Shown here: positions 14,478 through 26,807 of the stretch, one piece after another | Position numbering within the stretch: the first letter of the stretch is position 1 | How the letters are laid out: each line of letters begins with the position of its first letter | From: Ginglymostoma cirratum | Taxonomy: Eukaryota | Length of the DNA: 64,000 nt | Assembly (NCBI GenBank): GCA_024137785.1 | Contig: JAHRHZ010000009.1 | Span: 16,080,793 to 16,144,792 of the forward strand | Direction: 5' to 3' | Program-made: the position numbers and the translations under genes | Notes under the pieces: model-generated | What the model saw: the letters and a program-made list of their open reading frames with translations, nothing else | Database searches by the model: none | Told to the model about the DNA's origin: nothing

Positions 14478-15480
14478 CTGTATGGGTGCGTTTGTGGATC
14501 TTTAAGTTCTCCGACCTGGCGAAAACTTTTCCGCAGCCGGGGAAAGGGCAGGGAAACGGTTTCTCTCCCGTGTGGACCCTGATGTGGTTCACCAATTTGT
14601 ATTTGGCTTTGAAAGGTTTGCCGTCCCGGGTGCAGTCCTCCCAGAAACAGACATGGTTGGTCTGCTCAGGTCCTCCGACGTGCTCCACCGTGACATGGGT
14701 GACCAGCTCATGCATGGTGCTGAAAGTTTTATTACACGATTTCTTGGGGGTACTCATCTGCTCGGGGTCGACCCACTTGCAGATGAGTTCCTGTTTGATG
14801 GGCTGCCTCATATACCTGAAGAAAGCTCCGGGGCCGTGGTGGTGGTGAGCTGCCATATTCATGCTCATATTCATGTTCATGTGGCTGTAGTTGGGGTGGT
14901 GGAGCTGAGCCGCCGAGTAAGGGTCAGTCCTGGGACACTGATCCGAGCGGCCGAATACTTCCCCGGGTAGACCCAGGCGCATCTGGCCGTTGAGGACGTG
15001 CGCGTTTGGAGACGAGTGGGATCCTCCTTGCTCATGAATCCCGGGGAACAGGAGATGTCCCGGAGGCTCGGAGTGAAGGCTGCCTGGGTTCGGCCCGAAG
15101 ATCCCGTGTTGGCTGGAGCCAGGGCTCGACTCACTGAAGCCGCGGCTCCGGAACAGAAACTCCCGGGTGGAGTTGAAAGCGGCGCCCGAGTATGAGCTCA
15201 CATGAGCGGCGTGAGGAGCCAAAGCCGCCGCGTAGCCCGGCCCGGCTGTCGCTTGCGAGCTGAAAGCCGAGCTCTGACCCGGGGACGACAGGTCGTGGTG
15301 GACTCCGCCGTTCAGTTTGAAAGCTCCCATGTGAGGCGAGTCGACGAAACTGTTCTGAGACAAGCCGAGGTCCCGGTCGGACATATCGGCGCCAGAGTGG
15401 TGGTGGTGATGGTGGTGGTGGTGCCTGGCGAATGTGCCCACCCCGAGGCTCGGGAACTGGGGTCCCGCATCGAGCAACAT
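14478..15480 (-). CDS. zic2: Zic2-like zinc-finger transcription factor, coding exon 1 (N-terminus, ZOC, ZF-NC, ZF1-3)
   Basis: ATG at 15480 reads [28 protein letters not shown], then ZOC motif [29 protein letters not shown] and C2H2 fingers ending KIHKRTHTG. Phase-1 donor ACAG|GTAACA at 14478/14477. Zic family is certain; the Zic2 call rests on the N-terminus, C-terminus and Zic5-like partner. Confidence 0.9.
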
Positions 15481-15542
15481 GCTTTCCACTATATAAAAAA
15501 AGGCAGGGGAGAAAGCCACAGAGATCTCCCCACCCACCGACA

Positions 15543-15945
15543 CCACAACACACACACACACGCACACACACGCACACAGAGGGATCAAGCAGCAACTCAG
15601 AGACGCCTTCCTTTTTTCCCCCTCTTGTTATTGTTGATGAGAGCGATTTCTCAAGAAGCCAAAACACACCGGTCCATGAATTCAACAGCTCGAGTCCAAA
15701 TCTTCGCCTCTTTCTTTTCACAGTTTCTGTCTTTCTTGAGAAATAAATAAGCGATGACAAAATAGATCGAGCCAAACGATCAGGTACAACTTTCTCTCTC
15801 TCTCTCTCTCTCTGTGTCCTCTAGTACAGTTTTTATTGCGATCACGTAGAAGTTGTTGCAGCAGCAATTCCCACGGAGCAGGAACCGTCTTCTTTGAAGC
15901 CTCTTCCTCTCTCTATATGTCTCTCTTTCTCTCTCTCTCTCTTTG
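15543..15945. repeat. (CA)n and (CT)n microsatellites in the zic2 5' leader region
   Basis: (CA)n at about 15547-15578; (CT)n at about 15793-15813 and 15905-15942. Confidence 0.85.
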
Positions 15946-16029
15946 AGCAGATGCACTGTCGTCGGCGATAGCGGTGATCAGAAAGGCAGTTAAATGAGGA
16001 GTTGAGATAAGAGCATCCTTACGAGGAAT

Positions 16030-16330
16030 GTGTGGGGAGGGAGGAGGGAATGGGAAGGGGTTGTGGGGGTGGGGGAGGAAGGGATGGAGTGTATGTTGTG
16101 AAAAGGGGGGGGGTACCTTAAGCTGGTTCCGCAGCTGTCATATGATGCAGAGTGCGAGTACTGACTGCAATGACGGCACCTCTCCCAACACCCCTTTTAA
16201 ACAGGACAGCGAGCACTTTCTAATGGCTTTTCATTGGACAGCTCCGCCTCATCCATCGCAGGTAGCCTGCTCCAAACAGATCGCCATTTTTCATTAATTA
16301 CGCCTACTTTGATTTGTTTTTTTACCCCCT
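16030..16330 (-). promoter_or_regulatory. Zic2-like proximal promoter region
   Basis: Upstream of the GA/GT-repeat-containing leader. Has CCAAT on the minus strand (ATTGG near 16233), a G-tract cluster at 16033-16113, a TAATTA homeodomain-type site and CpG-rich sequence. TSS not determined. Confidence 0.45.
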
Positions 16331-19300
16331 TCAGTTCGGCCATTTCAGAGCCACTCCTTTCCACATCATGTAGGTAGCGACTTTGCATTTTCGCTACGAA
16401 GCGATAGAAGTTCATCGAAACCCGTTATAACGACTTGTACTCAATTTGAGGTACTGGTGGTGAATATAACGTTCACAATGCCATACGTGTTCTCTTCGCA
16501 CACTCCCACCCCCACTATCCTTTCTGAATTGGGGATTTAAAAAAATCAAAGTATATAAAATGATGTTAATCAGATAACTTTTTTAATAAGTAACTTTTAA
16601 CATCAGAAAGATTTGGGTTGAAATTATTTGACACCAGTTAGACAGACATGTCCAATTCTGATCAGATTTCAACTGTGAGAAAATCCTCGACCACGCTGTC
16701 CCCTCTCTCTCCGAGGCGTTGCTTAGGAGGGTTTGTGCCAGAAATAAAGGGGGAGGGGGTTAATCCGATTTGCTACCTACTAAATTGCACTTCATTTTTC
16801 GCAATAAAAGCTGTCTATTTGCTTCTGCTTAAATGAGATTTTCGTTGAAAAGGTAAGCTTCAATAGGAAGGTGTGAAATAAAACCATTTATTAATGCAAG
16901 GACATTTTAAATACAAATAATCCCACTATTTTCTTCTAGTCTTGAACGAAAAGCCCTGATATTTCAACTTGTTACCATTTTCGTTCTGCTTAGAAAAGAA
17001 ATCACTGGTATAGGATCTCTTTTGCTCAGGGAACAGTCTGTATGTATTAAAGGGCAGGTCTGGAACAAGACAGGGAAAAAAACAACCAAACGTCACGGAA
17101 ATAATCCCGTGTGCTACTAAATCATCCATAGTTAATTACAAAATCTGTCCTTATGCTACTGTGTACTGACCCCGCATTTTTCAGACATGTCATCGCCTCA
17201 TCTGTGATGAACAGAATGTATAGAACTTTAACCAGACCGGAAGGTTTCTGGGAAAGTGTAAACAAAACAATGATTTCATTTTATGGATAATGGTATATAA
17301 AGTTTGATTCGGGCACTGCAGCTGTTTGTAACATGCATTCATGTAATACTCTTTTTACTGCTTTCTCAATCATCATCTGTTTGGTGCCTTAATTCTCGAA
17401 TTCCTGTCTAAAGAGCCACAGCATCGTGCTTGCTGCTATTCTTTCACTTATCCAGGGCTACTCTGCAGGAAATACAGAAGCTGATCCAAGTTCAAAGTCA
17501 CGTTTGCCGACTTCTCCACAGAGCAGTATTATTTCTCTGCAAAGCCGCTCCCCCCTCCAAAAAAAACCCTCTGTCCTTGGTCACCGGGTTGGGAGAGAGA
17601 GAGAGAGAGGGAGAGGGACAAGTACAAAAATTCACTTGCATTTCAGTACCATTGTAGCAGAAATGCAGACAAGAGCTGATGGTGGACAGTGTGTAAGGCC
17701 AGCGGCTGATAATCTATTCATTTAATGGGTGCTTCAACAGGTTTGCCGAGGTAAGCAATGAACTTACTATATGAGAGACGGTGCTCTAAGACTGAGAAGA
17801 ATGTCTTTATCCAGTTTTCCAAATCTAGAAACCGCACTCTTTACAGCGACAGCGCTCCTTTTGTTAGCCCTGCAGGCTTGTTTTAACAACTGCCAACAAT
17901 GGCACCCCTACAATATCTTATTTCGCCTCAATCAATCTTGTCACATATTTCAATTTATTTTTGAATAAACTTAGTCAACGCATGATGGAGAAATCAATGG
18001 CATATTTCTGATATGTTTATGTGAAAGATTTTATGGGGGGGCGATTTTTTAATAGAACTTTTGCAGAGTCCAACATCTCTGTGTTTACCGGGGGTAGTTT
18101 AAAGCTTTCCATTCCGTCGTTTGCTAGCTGTCTCGTTAGTTTCGAAAATCGTATGAAAGCAACAAAAATGTCCCTCCTTAATTTTTTTGAGAGAATTTAA
18201 GTAGGGAACAAAGCAGAAATTAATTGGATGGGAGAAGGGATTAAACACCATTGTTTCGAATACGTTTCTCTGAATAAACAACGTCTAGAAATCAGCTAAA
18301 ATGCCGGATGAGTGGTCATATTTTTAGATTTTTAAATTTTTTTCAACGGCTTCTTTAAAAATGATCATTTCTTAGACTTCACAGATAACATAAAGTCAAC
18401 CAAGGTATAGGTGAATATTGCCCATGATCTATCGTTCAATAATATGATTATAAATTCAGGACTGTATTCACCATAGTCACTGCAACAATATAGAAAGAAC
18501 CCAGCGTCATTTAATTGAGATTCTTTAATCATTTTCTTATAGTTGTATTTTGTTCAGATTACAGTGGTTTTAAGGACTGCTGATAAAACTCATAAAATCA
18601 TGTTTTGTAGCAGGAAAAGTTCTCATATCTTGTTAACTGAGCCGATCAAATGTAGAATCCAATTGAGTTAATCAAATAACTATTACAGTACAAATTATCT
18701 CTGGTTTTGCTTACTTTGATTAGACCTAAGGCTCGTGATAAAACACATACGAGCTCTAGTCTTTAAACCAAATCAATAAAAAAATCCCTATTCGGTGCAG
18801 TCAGAATGTTGTAACGTGGTATCTCAGACCGCATGATATTTATTCCAGAGGATTTATGTTATCTTTTATCATCACTGTTGCATAAATATTTTCATTGAGC
18901 AATTTTTAATGCCAATGTACATTCTGGGCTCGCAAAGGAGATTTCACGACATGCAAAAGTCTCAAATATTACGTGCAAAATGTGAATTATTGTGTCCTTC
19001 AGGCACAAAAAGATGGCGTATCTTCTGCACACTGAGATGGAACAACACAGACAACTTTAACAAATGCGATGTTGTTAATTTATCCCATACTTCAAAGAGG
19101 ATAGAATTACACTGGGCATGGTTCTGTTAGTCTGTGGGGGTGGGGGGCTGGTTCGAAGACCTCAGCTGAATGAATTCGCTCACTTGTTCGTGAAATACTG
19201 CCCCACATGTTAATATTAATGGCTACAAATTGCGGAAGCCAGAGAAATTGAACCCAAACTATTCTTATATTCAGATAAAATCAACTGAGGGGAAAAAGGG

Positions 19301-22300
19301 GTCCGTGTTAATGTTAAGAAATGGGCAGAACAAGCCCATCCTCATGTTAAACTCTTCGAGATTATATTTGATACATACAAAGTGGCGAGTTACGGCCTGT
19401 TGCCTACTGTCAAACCGCACCCATCCATTGATATACACATGTACATTACAGCGTTGTACTTACAATGAGTGGGCATGAACGTTTGTTGTTCTTTTGGCAG
19501 AGGGCTTCCAAAATACATTGTCACGATGGCATGTTAGAAAAAGGACAAATGAAAGTGACATGTGTTATCAGTTTACGAGTTGGCGACCTATGAATGTTAT
19601 TCCATAAATTATATCTGCAGTTAACCCCTGTAAAGTCTGTCGCGTTTTTAAACACATTACTAGTGTAATTTATTTCGGTTTTAGTCTGTGGGTGTTCTGC
19701 GTCTTCTTGTTTATCAGTCTCACGATTCAGTTCACATGATATGATCACTGTGTTAAGGTAAGGGTGGCACGCGGCAAGCGTGGGTAGTATTTCCTTTCTC
19801 CCTCTTACAACTGCAACTGTTTAGGTAGTCATCAATAGATCGTTATTTTCGAATGAAGAAGAAAGTAGAGGAAGGAACTTGACAAATAAGGAAGAGGCAG
19901 AAAAATGTGATGGGACGATCAGCGTCAGAAATTATCCAATTAAGAAATGAGTTTGTAAAAGACATTTAATCATCTGTAACATTGACCTTAGTGTACCTTG
20001 CGACACCAAGGGCAAATCAGATCCTATTTTTAAAATAAATGATGTATTAAAATGGAAACAATTGCAATGCAACATTTATCAATACAAATGAGAAAGAAAC
20101 AATGTTGCAATTTGTTAACCTTTGTAATTATTGTATATATGTATGGAAACCTCTCGATAGTGTTTCTGATAAGAATTTTTAACCATAAGATTATACGGTA
20201 TAAATATCTTGTATGAAGGCTTAATGATCTGAACACACCTCCTATGATTTGTACAAATTACCTAGCAAGCATTTACAATTAATATTTATAACACTTAGAG
20301 AACATTGAGCCTTTAATATGCAGCATGAATTCTAGTACCATTTTGCCAATATTTTCGCCAATGACATAGTCTCCCTATATATCTATATACGTATAAATCT
20401 AAATAAATAACCCAACGCGTAAGCAAAACAACACCTGCAGCTGATGTTTGGTACTTTCAGGGTGCGATTGTTTTTCTTTATCTGGGAGGTGTGTCTCACC
20501 AACCCAGGGTGCAGAAATTTGCAAAGAACAACATCGTTTTAAATGAGATATATCGCAAACGTCCACAGAAAATGTGAAACTCCCAAGTTTAGTCATTATG
20601 TATCAGCATAACCTCATCTGTTTAGTTGTGCGACTATCAAAAAAAAGACATGAACACAATACCTCTATTCGCACTCTTTCATATTGACTTGAACAACTAG
20701 AAACACATTATAAACAAACAGTGGTAAACCGCCAGGAAGTGTTGAATTCAGTTTACTGATAGTCTATTAATTACCCCATCCGTTGAAAAGAAACATGTAT
20801 CTGTTCAATAATTAAGGGCGTGCAATCAAGCGTATGGGGATTTTATGTGAATCCAGGCTTACAACGCATGAGGTAATGGAGCGGCGGATTGCTATGAGGA
20901 CATGGCTTGTATGATGTGGCCATTGACAGACAGCGTTGGCTTTGTAGGCAAGTCGTTGTGGTTTACCACCAGTAAGTACAGGAACGGGAAGAAAGAAAAA
21001 TACTAAACACGTACCGCAAAACTTTCAGAAGCTTGCAGTCGATCGCGCTTCTCCTCTCTACAATTATTTCCTTCAGCAATAGTGAAGAGCAACATTTATG
21101 TTTCCGTCCTAATAGTGATACCAGCGAACTATACTACCTACCTTGTTCGTTAGTCAGTATATTCATGTTTCTTGTCGACTTTGCCTTTTTCCACATTTAT
21201 ATAATATATTACAATATTTAGCGTTGCTCTGCACCGTCCAGCAGCGCATTTCCAAAATGTTCCCTTTCTATTAACCTTTTCCCTTTATCCACTCTCTGAC
21301 CCCGATACCTGATCACTTGACTCCTTGCCGCTATCGACTTTCGGACTGTTCAGGTTTATGTTTCCTAAATTTTAACCTATATTTCCCATAATTTATTTTA
21401 CCCAAGCACGTTAATAACAATATATTCTCTGTACATCCGTTCAATATATTAATTGCGCCCCTAAAAGTCGCATTACTATGTTTCTTTTTGACACTGAACT
21501 AACTTGTTTGATATATTTTTAAGGAATTGTTGATATATCATGAAACAGGGCGAAAGGCGAAAAAAAATGAAATTTTGAACTGGAAATACAATTATGCTTA
21601 GAAAGTGTAATAAGAGATAATAAAACCCCGGGAAATCGGAAGCAATTTCCTTAAAAATAACTAAGCCTGGAAAAACAGAAACAGGAAACCAATTCATTAT
21701 AATTATAACGCAAGCACAGTGTTTAATGAGCATTTAGCTTTATGCTTTACACTAAACGGACAGACTGAATACTGGACTATAGCACCTCAGAACCAAATTA
21801 GTGCCAGATATCTGTTATTTTTGAATTGCCTTCCGTACTGATCGAATCGTGAATACAATCCTAATTTACAAGTACCTGGAGGGTTCGGCCAAAGGAAGGG
21901 AACTTTCTTCAGGGTGTTATTTGGATCTACTAAAATGCTCAGTTATACTCTCTGTAAAATCTATTAAAACCGACACAATCAATTGGAGCTTTCGGATTTT
22001 GCAAATAGACGGGTTTTATTTCTCTGTTACATTTTTTGTAACAACCTTAAGCAAAGAAAACACGTGGAAATAAATAAATCGATCACAGAGGTATATATTA
22101 AGACGTAGTAATCGATGACAGATACACATCATGCTGTGTTGATCAAGGACAGCGACAAGGAAAACGTGTAACATCTATACCCCTTTACAGTACAATCAAC
22201 TTACCTCGGCTGCTCAAATCATAAATCCCTATCCTTGTGCAATCGGTAATACGGTGCAAACTTTCCTAACTGGCAAACAGAACTGGAGAACTGAATTCAT

Positions 22301-25300
22301 TTCAGTGCAAGTAGCAAGCACTTGTAGCAGCGAAACTTCCCCAGGAAGCTTTTGTGCTCTTTTAAAATGTGCCTACTTGAAAGGCAAGTCATTGAATTAT
22401 ATAGTTTTGTTTGTTTGGAATTCCATATTACAAGTGAGAAAAAAACTCCTGATACGCAAAATTCTTGCGCCCTTCATAACATACAATGTTTATGTTAAAA
22501 TGTTACTACAGTGGCTCTCGTAGAATGACGTAATCTGATTTGGTATGAGGCTTCAGGAATAAAATGAAATATTCATTTTGCAAATACTATTCACTTAAAC
22601 ATCTTTGAAATCGTTTGAAAGAGCATTCTTAATTTAGACATTTGAATAAAGGTTGGGAAATGCACTACTGTAAACAAGTATCACCTTTTATACGACATTC
22701 CCCCATAACATGACTCGTGCGTTAAAGACTGCACTCATTTTGTGTGCGCTAAAGGTGTGGCATTATTTTTCTACTTGGCTGGTTTTATAGGAAGAAATTA
22801 AATTGCTTCGCCACAAAACGTCAAAAGCACCTGCTGGAGGTTCGTTGGTCACTTGTTCTACTGTTTCCTACTTTATTCAGAGCAAAACTTTACAATTATG
22901 AAAATTAATTATTATTAACGGTAATGCAATTTTGTATTTTCTTTTGTTGGCACAAGCCCTGGTGGAGCTTTGGGGCGATACAAGTACCTGATGCTTGTAA
23001 AGGACGTTTGGAGGACATGCGCCTAGCCAGGCACAGTGAAATGGGACAGTAAATTGAAATTTATGGAAAAAGATGACACATACTGAAAATGAACAAAACG
23101 ATAGTGGGTAAAAAAAAAGTAGCATAAAGCGTTGTCGAATCAACAGACATCCACATACGCACAGCACATGCATGTAGAACTTACACTATGGCTTACAATA
23201 TATACAGGCAAAACAGGTCACAGGCAATAAAGCTCCACAATAATAAATTTGATTAAAGCGGTATGTGATAATATTGGCTAGATGGATGTCAATAATGGAA
23301 ACATGATAAGGTAAAAATATTTCAAACAGTGCATCGTCTAAGATATTAAAGTGACCAGGCAGAGAGCTCTATCCATTTTTCGGATCAAGAAGACTACATG
23401 GAGAGTCACTTGTTTATTATAAGTATAAAAGGACTGACGGACGGAAAACCGTATTCAGTTATATCTAATCCATTCGAACAGCGTGTTCTTTTTCCATTGT
23501 TTTTAAATCCTGAATGCTGTGGAAACATTAAGACAAGAATGAACGGGATCGCATGAATATCTACATCTGAATACCGACATGCTGAATGTAGGAGAAATAA
23601 ATATGTTCATCAGATGTCCATTTTACGCTATTTCACAGTTTAACTTTATCATCTACCGTTATTTTGATTTGCTTGTGTTAGTCTATTTCCAATTATACTC
23701 TTTTCGCAATTTTTGGTTGAGCAACTGGGTAAGAATTTCTCAGGTAGGTTGGTACGCAGTTTCGCATGCAGAAAGACGGATTAAACAAGACAAATAGTTC
23801 ATGAGGGTGTTTCTGTATATTCACTTGTGTTTGTGCTATAATTAATATTTCATCTTATTGATCAATTCCACGGTATTGAAGTCTCAAAACTCATATTAAA
23901 AACTTGACTTTGAAACCAGAAATATTTGCTTACATTCTAAGTATTCCTGTTATTTTCTCTCCACCGAGTTGGTGTGACTCAACATAGCACTATTTCAACA
24001 AACTCAGTGTTTTGTCAAATAAACTTACTTTCTGTAATGGATTGTGTTGCCATCCTTTCACAACGACTCGCCTTTCTCCTTTTGGCAATCTGCGTTGAAT
24101 TATTTCGCTTGGGATGAATAGAAAATCTTATTTCAGCCAAAACCAGCTAATTGTGTTATATTTCACTGACAATTTCCATACCGATACATATTTATACCTC
24201 ACTCGTCCAATTGTTATAAATAACGGTCGCCCACGTTTTATATACGATTAAAATCAACAAAATAAGCAAATAAGAAGTTACATAAAATGTACCGAACCCC
24301 TGGTAAAGAATTACAATGAAAGGAAGCAACGGCAGCAGAAACATAATAAGGGAGAGCATTTTGTGATATAATCGAGCATGCCAATTTAATTAGGTTTAGC
24401 CAGGTTGAAACATTGCCACATCTGCAGAAACCCAACAATAACAAAATCATACAACATAGTCCATGTGATGTCTGGTGGTCGGACTTTTTGAATTCTCTTT
24501 TCCTTCATGTGTCAACGCAAGATGAAGCCCCTGTTCTTTTACCTCGGGATACTACCAACCAAGCCCATCTTAGGCAATAGGTTTACATCACATTGTGATA
24601 TTTAAATGCATTTTCTTCCTGTATGTCAGTTTACACATTTACCTTGCATTTATTTATGTCATTTGATACACCGGTGTAGGTTTAGAATGCAGATTATAAA
24701 ATACAAATTCGAATGTGAGAAATCGTGCATGTATTCTTCTTCCGACAGTTTGGATGATTTATTTATAACAACTTGCTGAAAATACCGCTATTCCGAAATC
24801 CTTCAGTTTATTGTTAAAGGCGTATACATTTTCAGCGTTTTACAAGCGCGTAAACTTTAAATTAGTACGCGAATACAAAAAAAGACGGACCCATCTGATC
24901 TATACATCGATTATTTGTAATTATTGTCACGGGGTCCCCTATAAGCACAGCAAAATTTTCATTATTGAAAGACTCTGTTTGAATTTGAAAGCATGCTGTA
25001 AATACCAACATATAACACGACTTGCGCTGTTTTACACGAGAATCGTAGAATGTGTTTATACATTATTTTTGCAGCTAATTATTCACGAAAAAAATCTACA
25101 AGCAAATCAAAATTCATGCAAATGATACATCATTGATTCCTCACTGCAAAGCGAATTTGAAAACAGTTCATATTCATAAATAACAATTCTACATCAAATG
25201 TCCAAATTCAGCGGGTGGGCTAGGGTGATGTGTGGGGTGTTGTGGATGTGTGGTGATAACGTCGTAATTCGTTAATTCTCAGTTATGTAATGATCAGGAC

Positions 25301-25379
25301 GTATATGCGTCTTTTAAAAGGTAAGTGTCCATGTCCCTAAAGTTTCCAAGTGAAAACTTGAGCAAAATCCACAGGATGG

Positions 25380-25560
25380 GAAGTGCAAGCGGGAGGTGGG
25401 AGGATCCCGCTGCGCCGCTCCGCTGAAAACGGGCAAATTGCCTGAACGGAGCATCTGCCAATCAGCCCAAAGTCGCCAATCGCGGCCTTGCCATCTCTGA
25501 ACTATATTTCCCTACTCTGTCGCCTAACCACTCCAGGTTCTGCCAATCGCTTGAGGACAG
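25380..25560 (+). promoter_or_regulatory. Zic5-like proximal promoter with three CCAAT boxes
   Basis: GCCAATC motifs with CCAAT at 25458, 25476 and 25543; CpG-rich; TATA-like CTATATTT at 25502; 240-330 bp upstream of the ATG. Confidence 0.6.
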
Positions 25561-25786
25561 TGTGAGAAAGGAGAGTTAAAAGTGCTCCAACAACAAAAAA
25601 AGAGAGCAAGTGCTGGAACCGAGCTCAATATTTTCCAGCTTTGCTTTTTTTTGAAAAAAAAAGTTTGGGGGCGGGTGGGGGGAGGGGTGGGGGTAGTTGG
25701 GTGGGTTTTGGAGAAGGGGGGAGGAGAAGAGAGAGAAAACAAACGGTACCACCAACTACTGTGTGGATGGGCAGGCTTGTGTAGTT

Positions 25787-26807
25787 ATGGAAGCGGCACT
25801 AAGCAAGCGGAATCCAGCGTTGAGATTAGCGGATTTGGCAGCTAACAAATACCATCCCCATCAGAATATGTCAGGTTTCCCGGGGCTGGCGAGTCATACA
25901 CACATCCACCCTGGGGAGATGAGCAACGATCCTAGTGTGGCTCTCACCTCTTTCGGGCCTGAACACGTGGCTCAGTCCAGCAGTGCTCTCAAACTCAGTC
26001 CATCTCACCACATGGCCGGACACCCCGAGACGCAGACAGCGGCGATTTTCGGCTCCGCGCAGAACTCGGTCAGTTACTCAGCGGGCCATGCCCACACGGG
26101 CTACGGCAGCGGTAGGGATTACATGCTCAGAAGAGATCTCTCAGCGTCCGCCATGCATGGGCTGACTGAGCAGCACCCAGCGTCTTCCTCTCACCACCAT
26201 CACCATCACCATCACCACCACGGAATGTTCCTGTCAACCCCAGGGAGCTACGGACACCCGGAGGTCTTCCCGGGGCTCCACGAGCAGTCTGCGCCGGGAT
26301 CCCACCACACTTTAAACGGACAGATGCGCCTGGGTTTGCCGGGGGACTTGTACAGACCTGAACATTTTAACCATCGAGCCGAGCACTACCCGGCCTCTTC
26401 CCTGCACAGTTACAACTCCATGAACTTAAACGTTAACCTGGCGGCGGCTCATCACGGAGCTGGGGCATTCCTGAGGTATATGAGGCAGCCTATCAAACAG
26501 GAACTCATCTGCAAGTGGATCGACCAGGAAGACTCTTCAAAGAAATCCTGTTCGAAAACTTTCAGCACCATGCATGAGTTGGTGAACCATGTCACGGTGG
26601 AACATGTCGGAGGACCCGAGCAGAGCGTTCACGTTTGTTTCTGGGAGGATTGCCCGAGAGAAGGGAAACCATTCAAGGCAAAATACAAACTGGTAAATCA
26701 CATCAGAGTTCACACAGGCGAGAAACCATTCCCGTGCCCATTCCCGGCTTGTGGTAAGGTATTCGCTCGCTCGGAAAACTTGAAGATACATAAAAGAACT
26801 CACACAG
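25787..26807 (+). CDS. zic5: Zic5-like zinc-finger transcription factor, coding exon 1
   Basis: ATG at 25787 reads [31 protein letters not shown], a Zic5-type N-terminus. Contains a His10 tract, [15 protein letters not shown] and ZF1-3. Phase-1 donor ACAG|GTTGGT at 26807/26808. Confidence 0.9.

Noticed and set aside
15481-15588. 36-aa N-terminal extension of Zic2 in the ORF track
   Set aside because: It has a non-ATG start and translates a (GT)n repeat. The family-conserved start is MLLDAG at 15480.
14414-15775. Several long overlapping ORFs (144, 132, 214, 182 and 104 aa) across zic2 exon 1
   Set aside because: These are shadow frames of GC-rich coding sequence and microsatellite-containing leader, with no recognisable domains.
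17771-25125. Many 60-100 aa ORFs in the intergenic spacer and elsewhere
   Set aside because: These are random-length ORFs in AT-rich non-coding DNA, often with non-ATG starts and no motifs or splice support.
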